The position numbers and the translations under genes are program-made. Below the pieces are notes generated by a model, which did not search any database, was not told the origin of the DNA, and saw only the letters and a list, made by a program, of their open reading frames with translations. Below, one piece after another: positions 32,230-42,932 of a DNA stretch of 64,000 bases. The stretch is from Hyphomicrobiales bacterium (lineage in GTDB: Bacteria; Pseudomonadota; Alphaproteobacteria; Rhizobiales; NORP267), in NCBI GenBank assembly GCA_030688605.1, contig JAUYJB010000122.1, forward strand, positions 44,171-108,170, in the 5' to 3' direction. Within the stretch, counting starts at the first letter, position 1; each line of letters starts with the position of its first letter.

Positions 32230-33339
32230 ATGGATGTACGCGCTGCGGTGGCCGTGGCGGCGGGCAAGCCGCTGGACGTGACGACCGTGCAACTGGAGGG
32301 GCCCAAGCAAGGCGAGGTGCTGGTCGAGATCAAGGCGACCGGCGTCTGCCACACCGACGGCTTCACCCTGTCGGGGGCCGATCCGGAGGGCCGGTTCCCG
32401 GCCATTCTCGGCCATGAGGGCGCCGGAATCGTGGTCGATGTCGGAGCCGGCGTGAGCTCGGTCAAGACGGGCGACCACGTCATTCCGCTCTACACGCCGG
32501 AATGCCGCGAATGCGAATACTGCCTCAATCCCAAGACCAATCTGTGCCAGAAAATCCGCGAGACCCAGGGCGCCGGCGTGATGCCCGACGGCACCTCGCG
32601 CTTCTCGCGCGGCGGCGAGACGGTGCTGCACTATATGGGCACCTCGACATTTGCGAACTACACGGTGCTGCCGGAAATCGCGGTCGCCAAGATCAGGCCC
32701 GACGCGCCGTTCGACAAGGTCTGTTACATCGGCTGCGGGGTGACGACCGGCATCGGCGCGGTAATCAATACGGCCAAGGTCGAGCCCGGCTCCAACTGCG
32801 TCGTCTTCGGGCTCGGCGGCATCGGGCTCAACGTCATTCAGGGCCTCAGGATGGTCGGCGCCGACATGATTGTCGGCGTCGACGTCAACCCCGATAAGGG
32901 GGCGATCGCCGAGCGCTTCGGCATGACGGACTTCGTCAATCCGAAGGAGGTCGAGGGCGATCTGGTCGCGTATCTGGTCGCTCTGACCAGAGGCGGCGCC
33001 GACTATACGTTCGAATGCATCGGTAATGTCCAGGTCATGCGCCAGGCGCTGGAATGCTGCCACAAGGGCTGGGGCGAGAGCGTCATCATCGGCGTTGCCG
33101 GCGCCGGCCAGGAGATCGCCACCAGGCCGTTCCAGCTCGTCACCGGCAGGGTTTGGCGCGGGACCGCCTTTGGCGGTGCGCGCGGGCGCACGGACGTTCC
33201 GAAGATCGTCGAATGGTACATGGACGGGAAGATCGAGATCGATCCGATGATCACCCACACCATGCCGCTGGAGGAGATCAACACCGCCTTCGACCTGATG
33301 CATGCCGGCGAGTCGATCCGCAGCGTCGTCATCTATTGA
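32230..33339 (+). CDS. adhC: S-(hydroxymethyl)glutathione dehydrogenase / class III alcohol dehydrogenase
   Basis: ORF 32137..33339 trimmed to the ATG at 32230: [68 protein letters not shown]..., 369 aa, a class III ADH pattern. Confidence 0.92.
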   Translation: MDVRAAVAVAAGKPLDVTTVQLEGPKQGEVLVEIKATGVCHTDGFTLSGADPEGRFPAILGHEGAGIVVDVGAGVSSVKTGDHVIPLYTPECRECEYCLNPKTNLCQKIRETQGAGVMPDGTSRFSRGGETVLHYMGTSTFANYTVLPEIAVAKIRPDAPFDKVCYIGCGVTTGIGAVINTAKVEPGSNCVVFGLGGIGLNVIQGLRMVGADMIVGVDVNPDKGAIAERFGMTDFVNPKEVEGDLVAYLVALTRGGADYTFECIGNVQVMRQALECCHKGWGESVIIGVAGAGQEIATRPFQLVTGRVWRGTAFGGARGRTDVPKIVEWYMDGKIEIDPMITHTMPLEEINTAFDLMHAGESIRSVVIY

Positions 33340-33563
33340 GCTTGTATCGAGCAGGCCCGCGTTCTGCCGCCGGTTGAATAATCGGCGCACGGCACCAAAT
33401 GACGGTACTATGCCCGCCTTAGGCTGGCGGGCACGCATTGCTTGGACTCGGCCAGTGGCCTATAACCCGATGCTGACCAGGCGGCCGGGGGAAACAGGGA
33501 GCGCGATGCGCAATAGGCCGCGCCCGGCCATGCGGCGAAACAATCACGGAGAATCGAGAACCG

Positions 33564-34634
33564 ATGCCTTGGGGTGATCAGAATGGCGGTGGGGGCGGCC
33601 CTTGGGGATCCGGGCCGAATGGCGGGCGCCAGCGGCCGCCGGACCTGGAGGAACTTCTGCGCAAGGGGCAGGACAAGCTGAAGACGGTTTTTCCGCAAGG
33701 CTCCGGCAACCGCTTCCTGATCCCGATCGTCATCGTCGCCGTCGTCGCGCTGTGGCTCAGCCAGGCGGTCTACCAGGTGCAGCCGCAGGAAATCGGCGTC
33801 GAGCTGTTCTTCGGCAAGGCCAAGGCCGACTTCAGCGAGCCCGGGTTGCATTTCCACTGGTGGCCTGTCGAGCGCGTCGAGCTCGCACCGGCGCAGGAGG
33901 AGAACCAGGAAAATATCGGCGTCTTCGCCCAGGGCAGCAGCCGCCGCGTCGGCTCCGACGCCAGCCTGATGCTGTCCGGCGACCAGAACATCGTCGATAT
34001 CGACTTCACGGTGCTGTGGCGCATCAAGGACCCCAGGGCCTATCTGTTCAACGTCGCCGACCAGCACACCATCGTGCGCTCGGTTGCGGAAAGCGCCATG
34101 CGCGAGTTTGTCGGCCGTACGCGGGCCGACGCGGTGCGCACGGAAAACCGTGCGCAGGTGCAGGAGGCGGTTCGGAACTCGATCCAGTCGACGCTCGACG
34201 ATTACAGTTCGGGGGTCATCATCAGCGGCCTCAATCTGGAGCGCGCGGCGCCGCCGCCGGAAGTGCTCGACGCTTTCGAGGAGGTGCAACGCGCCGAGCA
34301 GGATCGCGAGCGCTTCAAGCAGGAGGCGGAAGCCTACGCCAACAAGCGGCTCGGCGACGCGCGCGGCGAGGCTTCGAAGATCCGCGAGGAAGCGAAGGGC
34401 TACAAGGAGCGGGTGGTCGCCGAGGCCGAGGGCGAGGCGCAACGCTTCGTCTCCGTCTACGAACAATATGCCAAGGCCAAGGACGTCACCCGGCAGCGAC
34501 TGTTCCTGGAGACCCTGGAGCAGGTGCTCGGGCGCTCCAGCAAGGTCATCATCGAGGGCGGCACCGGCTCGGGCGTGATCCCCTATCTGCCGCTGCCGGA
34601 GGTCAACAGGCGCATCACCGAGGGAGCGCAGTGA
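33564..34634 (+). CDS. hflK: FtsH protease modulator HflK
   Basis: 356 aa. Gly-rich N-terminus MPWGDQNGGGGGPWGSGPNGG, a TM helix and an SPFH/band-7 domain. Confidence 0.93.
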   Translation: MPWGDQNGGGGGPWGSGPNGGRQRPPDLEELLRKGQDKLKTVFPQGSGNRFLIPIVIVAVVALWLSQAVYQVQPQEIGVELFFGKAKADFSEPGLHFHWWPVERVELAPAQEENQENIGVFAQGSSRRVGSDASLMLSGDQNIVDIDFTVLWRIKDPRAYLFNVADQHTIVRSVAESAMREFVGRTRADAVRTENRAQVQEAVRNSIQSTLDDYSSGVIISGLNLERAAPPPEVLDAFEEVQRAEQDRERFKQEAEAYANKRLGDARGEASKIREEAKGYKERVVAEAEGEAQRFVSVYEQYAKAKDVTRQRLFLETLEQVLGRSSKVIIEGGTGSGVIPYLPLPEVNRRITEGAQ

Positions 34635-35569
34635 TGAAGGGCAGGCTTCCCATTATCGGCATCATCGTCCTGGTCGTGCTGGGCATCGCCTATTCGGCGA
34701 CCTTCGTGGTCACCCAGCGCGAGCAGGCAATCGTGATGCGTTTCGGCGAGATCACCCGCGTCATCCGCGAGCCGGGGATCTATTTCAAGGTGCCGACCAA
34801 CTTCGTCGATACCGTGCAGATCATCGACCGCCGGCTCCTCAAGCTCGAGCTCGAGGAGAAGGTCGTGCAGGTGCGCGACGGGCGCCAATACGAGGTCAAT
34901 GCGTTCCTCACCTATCGGATCGTCGACCCGCAGCGCTTCCGCGAGACGGTGCAGGGCAATCTGACGCTGGCGGCGACGCGCTTGGGCACCCGGTTCGACG
35001 CGGCGCTTCGCCGGGTCTATGGCCTGCGCGGTTTCGATTCCGCTCTATCGGTCGAACGCGCGGCGATGATGAACGAGGCGCGCGACCTGATCCGGCCCGA
35101 AGCTGCGGACCTCGGGCTCGAAATCGTCGATGTGCGCATCCAGCGCACCGACCTGCTGGCGCAGGTCTCCAAGCAGACTTTCGAGCGGATGAATGCGGAG
35201 CGGCTGGCGGAAGCCGCGCAACTGCGAGCTCTCGGCACCCAGGAAGCAATCCGCATCCGCGCCGAGGCTGACCGCGAGGCGGTGGTGCTGGTGGCCGCGG
35301 CGCGCAAGGACTCGGAGATTCTGCGCGGCGAGGGCGAAGGCGAGCGCAACCGGGTGTTCGCCGAGGCGTTCTCCAGGGACCAGGAGTTCTTCGCCTTCTA
35401 CAGGTCGTTGAAGGCCTATGAATTGGCGATCGGCGAAGGTGAGACGACCATGGTGCTTTCGCCGGACAGCGAGTTCTTCCGTTACTTCGCCGATCCTTCG
35501 GGCACGCTGGGGGGCCGGCCGCCGCCCGGTGCAGGGCCCGGGACGGGCGGCGCGCAACCGGGGCAATGA
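34634..35569 (+). CDS. hflC: FtsH protease modulator HflC
   Basis: Internal ATG (34634, overlapping the hflK stop) of the artefactual ORF 33602..35569: MKGRLPIIGIIVLVVLGIAYSATFVVTQREQAIVMRFGE..., SPFH domain, 311 aa. Confidence 0.92.
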   Translation: MKGRLPIIGIIVLVVLGIAYSATFVVTQREQAIVMRFGEITRVIREPGIYFKVPTNFVDTVQIIDRRLLKLELEEKVVQVRDGRQYEVNAFLTYRIVDPQRFRETVQGNLTLAATRLGTRFDAALRRVYGLRGFDSALSVERAAMMNEARDLIRPEAADLGLEIVDVRIQRTDLLAQVSKQTFERMNAERLAEAAQLRALGTQEAIRIRAEADREAVVLVAAARKDSEILRGEGEGERNRVFAEAFSRDQEFFAFYRSLKAYELAIGEGETTMVLSPDSEFFRYFADPSGTLGGRPPPGAGPGTGGAQPGQ

Positions 35570-35751
35570 ACGATTTTATCGCTGCGGTCGGACTGGTCCT
35601 GGTCATCGAGGGGCTGCTTTACGCGGTGTTTCCGGGCGTCGTGCGGCGGATGATGGAAATTGCCCGCGAGATGCCGGATTCAAACCTCCGAGCGGGCGGG
35701 CTGATAGCGCTCATCGTGGGCGTGCTTATCGTCTGGCTGGCGCGGGCGTGA
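35566..35751 (+). CDS. DUF2065 (YjeT-like) small membrane protein
   Basis: 61 aa, two TM segments. The position immediately after hflKC and the 4-nt overlap are typical of YjeT-like proteins. Confidence 0.7.
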   Translation: MNDFIAAVGLVLVIEGLLYAVFPGVVRRMMEIAREMPDSNLRAGGLIALIVGVLIVWLARA

Positions 35752-35856
35752 AGAGGATCCAATCGACTCGCCATGGACTTGACCGACACGATGAGTTTAC
35801 CTCGCCAGCGCCGCGATTCGCGGCCATATTGGTAGCAGCCGCCAACGCTGCGTGAG

Positions 35857-37419
35857 ATGATCGGCGCGGCGGCGAAATCGCGGATATCGGAGGAACCGGT
35901 GGCAGCAAACATGTTTCGTTTTCGCGGAAACCCTGGAGGATGGGGATTGATCGCAACGCTCGCCGCCGTCGCGCTTCTTGCCGCGCCCGGCGATCCGGCG
36001 CGCGCCCAGGAGGTGCAAGCGCCGAGCGCGCCGGCCGTCGCCCCCGAATTCCGTCCTGGATCGGAGTTTCTGGCCGATCTCGCCGAAACCCTGCTCCAGT
36101 CCGTTGTCAACATCTCGACCTCGCAGAATATCGATTCGTCGCGCGGCATCCCGATGCCGGAGATTCCGGAAGGCTCGCCATTCAAGGACTTTTTTGACGA
36201 TTTCTTCGACCGCCAGGGGCAGACCAACCGCCCGCGGAGGGTCCAGTCGCTCGGCTCCGGCTTCGTCATCGACGCCGAAGGCATCATCATCACCAACAAT
36301 CACGTGATCGAGGGCGCCGACCAGATCGTCGCCAATTTCAGCGACGGCACCAAACTGCCGGCCGAGCTGGTGGGCCACGACCCGAAGACCGATGTCGCCG
36401 TGCTGCGCGTCAAGCCCCCGGCTCCGCTCAAGGCGGTCAGCTTCGGCGACTCCGATACCACGCGCGTCGGCAATTGGGTGATGGCGATCGGCAACCCGTT
36501 CGGGCTCGGCGGCACGGTGACCGTCGGCATCGTTTCGGCCCGCAACCGCGACATCGATGTCGGTCCCTACGACAATTTCATTCAGACCGATGCTTCCATC
36601 AATCTCGGAAATTCCGGCGGTCCTCTGTTCAATCTGAAGGGCGAGGTGATCGGCATCAACACGGCCATCTTCTCGCGCTCGGGCGGCTCGGTCGGCATCG
36701 CCTTTGCCGTGCCCTCGAACCTGGCCAAGCCCGTCGTCGCGCAGCTGGTCGCGTACGGCGAGACGCGGCGCGGATGGCTCGGCGTGCGCATCCAGGAGGT
36801 GACCGAGGAGATCGCGGAGTCGCTCGGCATGGACCGCGCCCGTGGCGCACTCATCGCTGGCATCAACGCCGACGGGCCGACGGCCGGCACCGGCATCGAG
36901 CCCGGCGACGTGGTCGTCAGCTTCGACGGCCGTCAGGTGGTGGAGATGCGCGACCTGCCGCGCATCGTCGCCGATACGGAGCCGGGCAAGGAAGTCGACG
37001 TCATGGTGCTGCGGGACGGCGAGGAAATGACGTTCAGGGTGGTCACCGGCCGCCTCGAGGAGAGCGAGCAGGCGGCGGTCACCGAGGATGAGGACAAGCC
37101 GGCCGAGAATGGGAAACCCGTCCAGGTGCTCGGCCTCGAGCTGGCGGCGATGAGCGAGGAATTGCGCAAGCAGTACAGTATCGACGACAAGGTCGAAGGC
37201 GTCGTCGTGACCGCGGTGGCGCCGGACAGCAACGCGGCCGAGCGCGGCCTGGTGCCGGGGGTGGTCATCGTCGAGGTCGCCCAGGAGCCGGTCAAGACGC
37301 TTGCCGACGTAGTCCGGCGCGTCGAGGAGGTGAAGAAGCAGGATCGCCGCTCCGTGCTGCTCCTGGTCTCCGACTCTTCCGGCGAGCTGCGCTACGTTGC
37401 GCTGCGCGTTGAAGGATAA
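35857..37419 (+). CDS. degQ: Periplasmic serine endoprotease, DegP/DegQ (HtrA) family, two PDZ domains
   Basis: 520-aa ORF (alternative start at 35911, MFRFRGNPGGWGLIATLAAVALLAAPG). Catalytic blocks ITNNHVI, DVAVL and GNSGGPLF, followed by two PDZ regions. Confidence 0.92.
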   Translation: MIGAAAKSRISEEPVAANMFRFRGNPGGWGLIATLAAVALLAAPGDPARAQEVQAPSAPAVAPEFRPGSEFLADLAETLLQSVVNISTSQNIDSSRGIPMPEIPEGSPFKDFFDDFFDRQGQTNRPRRVQSLGSGFVIDAEGIIITNNHVIEGADQIVANFSDGTKLPAELVGHDPKTDVAVLRVKPPAPLKAVSFGDSDTTRVGNWVMAIGNPFGLGGTVTVGIVSARNRDIDVGPYDNFIQTDASINLGNSGGPLFNLKGEVIGINTAIFSRSGGSVGIAFAVPSNLAKPVVAQLVAYGETRRGWLGVRIQEVTEEIAESLGMDRARGALIAGINADGPTAGTGIEPGDVVVSFDGRQVVEMRDLPRIVADTEPGKEVDVMVLRDGEEMTFRVVTGRLEESEQAAVTEDEDKPAENGKPVQVLGLELAAMSEELRKQYSIDDKVEGVVVTAVAPDSNAAERGLVPGVVIVEVAQEPVKTLADVVRRVEEVKKQDRRSVLLLVSDSSGELRYVALRVEG

Positions 37420-37453
37420 GAGTTGGAGCGGTTCCCGATGACCTGGAGCCGCT

Positions 37454-38689
37454 TTAATCCAGCACCAGGGAAACAAGCCCGTCGGCGAGCTTGGGCTCGA
37501 ACCAGGTCGATTTGGTCGGCATGACCTTGCCCGCGTCGGCGACCGCCATCAGATCCTCCATCGCGGGCGGAAAGAAGGCGAAGGCGACCGCTGCCTCGCC
37601 TGAATCGACCCGCGCCTGCAACTCATCGAGGCCCCTGATGCCGCCGACAAAATCGATGCGCGCATCGCAGCGCTGGTCAGTAATGCCCAAGACGGGCGCG
37701 ATCAGATGCTCGGACAGAAGATTGACGTCGAGCCGGGCGAGCGGATTGTCGCGCGGGATCAGCGCTTCCGGGAGGGTGAGGCGGAACCAGCGGCCGTCGC
37801 AATACATGCCGAACTCGCCGCGGGCCGCAGGCGCGACCGGGCCATCGGCGGGCAAAACCGCAAATTTCCTGGCGATCTCGGCAAGGAGCGCGTCGGGGCT
37901 ATGGCCGTTGAGGTCGGCGACGACGCGGTTGTAGGCCAGAATCCGGGTCTGGTGATGGGGAAAGATCACCGACAGAAACCGACAATAGGGCGCATCGTTG
38001 GCGTTGCCGCCGGCCGCCCGCTTATGGCAGACGCGCGCGGCGGCGGCCGAGCGGTGGTGGCCGTCGGCGATGTAGAGCGCGGGCAGCGCCTCGAAGGCGT
38101 CGGTGAGGGCAACGATCGTCGTCTTGTCGTCGACCACCCAGATGGCATGCTCGACGCCGCTTTCGGCCGCGACCCGGACGTCAGGGTCGCCTGCCGCCGC
38201 CTTGCCGATCAGGGCGTCGACGGCGGGCGTCGGCCCGTAGGCCATCATCACCGGGCCGGTCTGGGCGTTGACCGCCTCGATCTGGGCGACGCGGCCGTCC
38301 TCCTTGACGGGCTGGGTGTGCTCGTGCTTGCGGATGCGCCCGGAATCATAGTCGGCGACGGAAGCGGCGGCGACGAGCCCGGTCTGGACGTGATCGCCCC
38401 AGGTGAGGCGGTAGACATAGTAGCCGGGCCGCTCATCGCGGATGAGCACGCCCGATGCGATCATGTTTTGCATAGTCTCCGCCGCCTTGGCATAGACGGC
38501 GGCATCGTAGGGGTCGATATCGTCGGCAAGGTCGATCTCGGGCTTGGAGATATGAAGAAAGCTCCACGGCTTGCCCGCGGTCCGCGCGCGCGCCTCCCGG
38601 CGGTCGAGGACGTCATAGGGCGGGGCGGCGACCGCTTCGGCCCGGCCGGGCGCGGGGCGCAGGCCCCGAAAGGGTTGGATCAGTGTCAA
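37454..38689 (-). CDS. DUF1015-family protein (function unknown)
   Basis: 411 aa (TTG start). N-terminus TLIQPFRGLRPAPGRAEAVAAPPYDVL and internal YIADGHHRSAAA are the patterns I associate with DUF1015/COG4198. Confidence 0.75.
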   Translation of the reverse strand: MTLIQPFRGLRPAPGRAEAVAAPPYDVLDRREARARTAGKPWSFLHISKPEIDLADDIDPYDAAVYAKAAETMQNMIASGVLIRDERPGYYVYRLTWGDHVQTGLVAAASVADYDSGRIRKHEHTQPVKEDGRVAQIEAVNAQTGPVMMAYGPTPAVDALIGKAAAGDPDVRVAAESGVEHAIWVVDDKTTIVALTDAFEALPALYIADGHHRSAAAARVCHKRAAGGNANDAPYCRFLSVIFPHHQTRILAYNRVVADLNGHSPDALLAEIARKFAVLPADGPVAPAARGEFGMYCDGRWFRLTLPEALIPRDNPLARLDVNLLSEHLIAPVLGITDQRCDARIDFVGGIRGLDELQARVDSGEAAVAFAFFPPAMEDLMAVADAGKVMPTKSTWFEPKLADGLVSLVLD

Positions 38690-39624
38690 AAGAGTTCTCC
38701 TTGAAGGCGGCGATCCTTATTGCAGGACCGACGGCGAGCGGCAAGTCCGCGCTGGCGCTCAGGCTTGCGGAAAGGCTTGGCGGCGTCATCATCAACGCCG
38801 ATTCCATGCAGGTCTACCGCCAACTGCGGCTGCTCACGGCGCGCCCGACGCCGGAAGATGAAGCGCGCGCGCCACACCGGCTCTACGGCATCGTTTCGGC
38901 AGCGGAACGGTTTTCCGTCGGCCGCTGGCTGAAGGCCGTCGAGGCGGAGCTTGAGGCCGTGCGGCGGCGGCAGCAGGTGGCGATCGTCGTCGGCGGCACC
39001 GGGCTCTATTTCAAGGCGCTGACCGAGGGGCTCGCGGCTGTCCCCGACGTTCCGGAAGATGTGACGGAGAACTGGCGCGCCGAGGCGGAGCGCGTCGGCG
39101 CGGAGGTGCTGCACGCGCTGCTTGCCGCCCGCGATCCGGAGATCGCGGCACGGATCGCGCCCGGCGACGGCCAGCGCGTGATTCGCGCGCTCAGCGTGCT
39201 GGAAACGACGGGGCGCTCGCTCCTCGACTTTCACGGGGAAGCCGCCACGCCGCCGCTTGTCGATCCCGCCGCCTGCGAAGCGGTGTTTCTCGATCCCGAC
39301 CGGGACTGGCTGCACGACCGCATCGACGCGCGCTTTGCCGCGATGCTGGACGAGGGCGGCCTCGAGGAGGCAAGGGCGCTGATGGAGATGCGGCTCGACC
39401 CCTCGCTGCCGGCGATGCGGGCGCACGGCGTGGCGCACCTCATCGCCTATCTTCAAGGCCGCTCGGACCTGGCGACGGCAGTCGCCCGCGCCAGGGGCGA
39501 TACGCGCCGCTACGCCAAACGCCAGAAGACGTGGTTCCGCCACCAGATGCCGGGCTTCTCGGCGCTCGACCCCGACGATCTTGCCGCCTACCTCGCCGGC
39601 GCCGGCGAGCGCCCTGGCGCCTGA
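38683..39624 (+). CDS. miaA: tRNA dimethylallyltransferase
   Basis: 313-aa ORF (GTG at 38683; alternative TTG at 38701). P-loop IAGPTASGKSALAL and INADSMQVYRQLRLLTARP. The 5' end as drawn overlaps the divergent DUF1015 start by 7 nt, so one of the two starts is probably further in. Confidence 0.93.
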   Translation: MSKEFSLKAAILIAGPTASGKSALALRLAERLGGVIINADSMQVYRQLRLLTARPTPEDEARAPHRLYGIVSAAERFSVGRWLKAVEAELEAVRRRQQVAIVVGGTGLYFKALTEGLAAVPDVPEDVTENWRAEAERVGAEVLHALLAARDPEIAARIAPGDGQRVIRALSVLETTGRSLLDFHGEAATPPLVDPAACEAVFLDPDRDWLHDRIDARFAAMLDEGGLEEARALMEMRLDPSLPAMRAHGVAHLIAYLQGRSDLATAVARARGDTRRYAKRQKTWFRHQMPGFSALDPDDLAAYLAGAGERPGA

Positions 39625-39633
39625 ACCGGCCGC

Positions 39634-40026
39634 TTGACAGCGGAAGAATATGTCGATATGTCTGGAAATATGGACACATCGAAGGCAACAAAGGCGCTCG
39701 GCGCTCTGTCGCAGGAAACCAGGCTCGACGCCTTCAGGCTTCTGGTGGGTCGCGGCAGCGACGGTATGGCGGCGGGCGACATCGCGCGTAAGCTGAACGT
39801 GCCGCACAACACGATGTCGGCGCATCTGGCGATTCTCGCCAATGCGGGCCTTGTCGTCTCGCGGCGCCAGGGCCGCTCGGTCATCTACGGCATCGACCTT
39901 GAGGGCGTGCCGGCTCTCATGTCCTTCCTGATGGAGGATTGCTGCCAGGGCCGGCCGGAGGTCTGCGGACCGCTGATCGCCAGCGTGCTGCCGGGCTGCC
40001 GCATACCGAGCGGGGAAAGGCACTAG
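39634..40026 (+). CDS. arsR: ArsR-family arsenic-responsive repressor
   Basis: ORF starts at TTG 39634 (in-frame ATGs at 39658 and 39670). HTH LSQETRLDAFRLLVGRGSDGMAAGDIARKLNVPHNTMSAHLAILANAGLV. C-terminal Cys cluster MEDCCQGRPEVCG. First gene of the ars operon. Confidence 0.85.
   Translation: MTAEEYVDMSGNMDTSKATKALGALSQETRLDAFRLLVGRGSDGMAAGDIARKLNVPHNTMSAHLAILANAGLVVSRRQGRSVIYGIDLEGVPALMSFLMEDCCQGRPEVCGPLIASVLPGCRIPSGERH
39653..39682. promoter_or_regulatory. Candidate ars operator: imperfect inverted repeat at the arsR 5' end
   Basis: TCGATATGTC (39653..39662) - N10 - GACACATCGA (39673..39682), 9/10 complementary. A TTGACA hexamer lies at 39634..39639. It overlaps the possible arsR start codons, so its role is speculative. 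Confidence 0.25.
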
Positions 40027-40033
40027 GGCCGCC

Positions 40034-41113
40034 ATGAGCATCTTCGAGCGATACCTGACCCTGTGGGTGGCGCTGTGCATACTGGCCGGCGTCGCGCTCG
40101 GCCAGTTCTTCCCCGGCGTGTTTCAAGCGATCGGCGGCATGGAGATCGCCAAGGTCAATTTGCCGGTGGCGGTGTTGATCTGGCTGATGATCATACCGAT
40201 GCTCGTCAAGGTCGATTTCGCCGCCCTTTCGAAAGTCGGGGAACATTGGCGCGGCATCGGCGTGACGCTGTTCATCAACTGGGCGGTCAAGCCGTTTTCC
40301 ATGGCAGCCCTGGGGTGGCTGTTCCTGGGGGTTCTGTTCAGGCCGTATCTGCCGGCCGGTGAAATCAACGCCTATATCGCCGGGCTCATCATTCTCGCCG
40401 CCGCGCCGTGCACCGCGATGGTGTTCGTGTGGAGCAATCTCGCGGACGGCGAACCGCACTTCACCCTGACCCAGGTGGCGCTCAACGACACCATCATGAT
40501 TTTCGCCTTCGCGCCGATCGTCGGCCTGCTGCTGGGGCTGTCGGCGATCACGGTACCCTGGGAAACGCTGATCCTTTCCGTCGGCCTATACATCGTCGTG
40601 CCCATCGTCGTCGCCCAGATTGTCCGTCGCCGGACGCTCGCCGCGGCGGGGCAAGAAGGGTTGCAGCGCCTGCTCGCCGGACTTCAGCCTGTCGCTCTTA
40701 TCGCCCTGCTTTTCACCCTCGTTCTGCTGTTCGGCTTCCAGGGCGAGCAGATCATCGGGCAGCCGCTGGTGATAGCGCTCATCGCCGTGCCGATCCTGAT
40801 CCAGGTGTATTTGAATTCAGGACTTGCCTATCTGCTCAACCGGGCAGTCGGCGAGGCGCATTGCGTCGCCGCTCCCTCGGCGCTCATCGGCGCTAGCAAT
40901 TTCTTCGAGCTGGCGGTGGCCGTCGCCATCAGCCTGTTCGGCTTTTCCTCCGGCGCGGCGCTGGCCACCGTCGTCGGCGTGCTGATCGAGGTGCCGGTGA
41001 TGTTGTCGGTCGTGAAGATCGTGAACGCCAGCAAGGGCTGGTACGAGCGTGGCGCCGCCGTGCAGCGCAACGGCAAGACGATGGACTACGCCAAACAAAC
41101 CGCCAGAACATGA
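40034..41113 (+). CDS. acr3: ACR3-family arsenite efflux permease
   Basis: 359 aa. [24 protein letters not shown]...[12 protein letters not shown] (conserved ACR3 Cys motif). Confidence 0.92.
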   Translation: MSIFERYLTLWVALCILAGVALGQFFPGVFQAIGGMEIAKVNLPVAVLIWLMIIPMLVKVDFAALSKVGEHWRGIGVTLFINWAVKPFSMAALGWLFLGVLFRPYLPAGEINAYIAGLIILAAAPCTAMVFVWSNLADGEPHFTLTQVALNDTIMIFAFAPIVGLLLGLSAITVPWETLILSVGLYIVVPIVVAQIVRRRTLAAAGQEGLQRLLAGLQPVALIALLFTLVLLFGFQGEQIIGQPLVIALIAVPILIQVYLNSGLAYLLNRAVGEAHCVAAPSALIGASNFFELAVAVAISLFGFSSGAALATVVGVLIEVPVMLSVVKIVNASKGWYERGAAVQRNGKTMDYAKQTART

Positions 41114-41553
41114 CGCAGCACATCCTTTTCCTGTGTGTCGCGAACTCCGCGCGCAGCCAGATGGCCGAGGGGCTGGCGCGGCACATGTTCGGCGCCGGCG
41201 CCACGGTCCTGAGCGCGGGTTCCGAACCCTCGAGCGTCAATCCCTACGCCATCGAGGCCATGGCCGAACTCGGGATCGACATCTCGGGCCACCGCTCGAA
41301 GCCGGTCGACGAGATCGATGTCGGCGCGGTCGACCTGGTCATTACCCTGTGCGCCGAGGAGGTCTGCCCGGTGCTGCCGGGCCTAGCGCGGCGGCTGCAT
41401 TGGCCGATTCCAGACCCCGCTTCGAAGGACACTTCGATCCCGTCCGATGTGATGCGGCAGCGGTTCCGCACCGCACGCGATCGGATCAAGGCGCGCCTGG
41501 ACATCCTGAAGGGGCTGACCGACCAGGAACTGGCGGCCAAGCCGGCGGACTAG
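41110..41553 (+). CDS. arsC: Arsenate reductase, LMW-PTPase (thioredoxin-coupled) type
   Basis: 147 aa. P-loop [17 protein letters not shown] (CX5R). 4-nt overlap with acr3. Confidence 0.9.
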   Translation: MTQHILFLCVANSARSQMAEGLARHMFGAGATVLSAGSEPSSVNPYAIEAMAELGIDISGHRSKPVDEIDVGAVDLVITLCAEEVCPVLPGLARRLHWPIPDPASKDTSIPSDVMRQRFRTARDRIKARLDILKGLTDQELAAKPAD

Positions 41554-41675
41554 CTAGCTCTTGTCGGCAATTGCGGTCGTCGGGCCAGGTTGAGTCTTGC
41601 TCCACTGCTTGGCGGGAACCATTGAGAGGGCAGGCCGTTTACACAACAACAAAACTGGATAGGTGATCACGACCG

Positions 41676-42818
41676 ATGCGTAATCTCACTTTCCTTTTCG
41701 CTGTCATCGTTGCCGTCATCTTCAGCATTGCCGGGCAGTCCCCCGCCGCGGCGCAGCCCTTTCGAATTGAGAGCAATGAAGGCGCGATCCTGCAGGCGAC
41801 GAGAGTCGCCGAGTTCGACGAACCGTGGGCCATGACCTTCCTGCCCGACGGCACCATGCTGGTGACAACCAAGCCCGGTAAGCTTTTTCATGTGACCCAG
41901 GACGGTGACAAGACCGAGGTCGAGGGCATGTGGGAGGTTGCCTATGGCGGCCAGGGAGGGCTCGGCGATGTCGTCCTGCACCCTGATTTCGCCCAGAACA
42001 ACCTTGTTTATATATCGAGCGCCGAAACGCTGGATAGTGGCTCCACGTCCGGGGCCATCGTGACTCGTGCAAAGCTCGACCGAACCGCGGGTATCCCGAA
42101 ACTCACCGATATAGAGAAAATCTGGACGCAGGAGCCGAAGGTGTCTGGCAATGGGCATTACAGCCATCGGATCGCTTTCGGTCCCGACGGCATGCTCTAC
42201 GTCACGTCCGGCGACCGTCAGAAACTGGATCCGGCTCAGGACTTTGAAATGGCGCTGGGCAAGATCATCCGGCTGAATGACGACGGTACAGTGCCGGAAG
42301 ACAATCCCTGGCGGGACAAAGGCGATTTGGCCAAGACCTACTGGTCGATGGGCCACCGCAATTTGCTTGGTATCGACTTCGACAGTCAGGGCCGCCTGTG
42401 GACCCACGAAATGGGACCACGGCATGGGGATGAACTGAACCTCATTGCCAAGGGCGGCAACTTTGGCTGGCCGGTCGTGTCCAACGGCAACCATTATTCC
42501 GGCGTGCCGATCCCCGACCACGATACACGGCCGGAATTCAACGCCCCTAAGGCCTTCTGGGTCCCGGCAATTTCGCCTGCCGGATTCGTGATCTACGACG
42601 GTGACATGTTTCCCGACTGGCGCGGCGACGGCTTTATCGGCGGGCTGTCCTCGCAGGCGCTGGTACGCGTCGATATTGAGGGCGACAGCGCCAGAGAGGC
42701 CGAGCGCTTCGAATGGGGTCGGCGTATCCGCGAGGTGGAGCAAGGACCCGATGGCGCCCTATGGGTCTTGGAGGATGAGTCCGGCGGGCGCTTGTTGAAG
42801 TTGACGCCTCAAGGCTGA
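41676..42818 (+). CDS. PQQ-dependent soluble sugar (aldose/sorbosone) dehydrogenase, beta-propeller
   Basis: 380 aa. Signal peptide, then [46 protein letters not shown] and GGNFGWP blocks typical of YliI/sorbosone dehydrogenase proteins. Visibly lower GC than its neighbours. Confidence 0.85.
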   Translation: MRNLTFLFAVIVAVIFSIAGQSPAAAQPFRIESNEGAILQATRVAEFDEPWAMTFLPDGTMLVTTKPGKLFHVTQDGDKTEVEGMWEVAYGGQGGLGDVVLHPDFAQNNLVYISSAETLDSGSTSGAIVTRAKLDRTAGIPKLTDIEKIWTQEPKVSGNGHYSHRIAFGPDGMLYVTSGDRQKLDPAQDFEMALGKIIRLNDDGTVPEDNPWRDKGDLAKTYWSMGHRNLLGIDFDSQGRLWTHEMGPRHGDELNLIAKGGNFGWPVVSNGNHYSGVPIPDHDTRPEFNAPKAFWVPAISPAGFVIYDGDMFPDWRGDGFIGGLSSQALVRVDIEGDSAREAERFEWGRRIREVEQGPDGALWVLEDESGGRLLKLTPQG

Positions 42819-42932
42819 GAGAAAGGGCTCCGGACGGACCGGGCCCTGAAGCGGCGCGCATTTCAGGCTTGACCGGCGCTGGACCGCCCACTAACGTGCA
42901 CCGCAGCATCAAGGAGAAAAGGCGCGGAATCC

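Noticed and set aside
30583-33438. 951-aa minus-strand ORF spanning the RimK-like and adhC genes
   Set aside because: It runs antisense across two unrelated, well-supported genes and their intergenic region. Its composition is typical of GC-rich shadow ORFs.
33602-35569. 655-aa + strand ORF apparently fusing hflK and hflC
   Set aside because: Only the part from the ATG at 34634 (MKGRLPIIGII...) is HflC. The upstream 344 codons are an out-of-frame read through hflK (Arg/Ala/Gly-rich nonsense).
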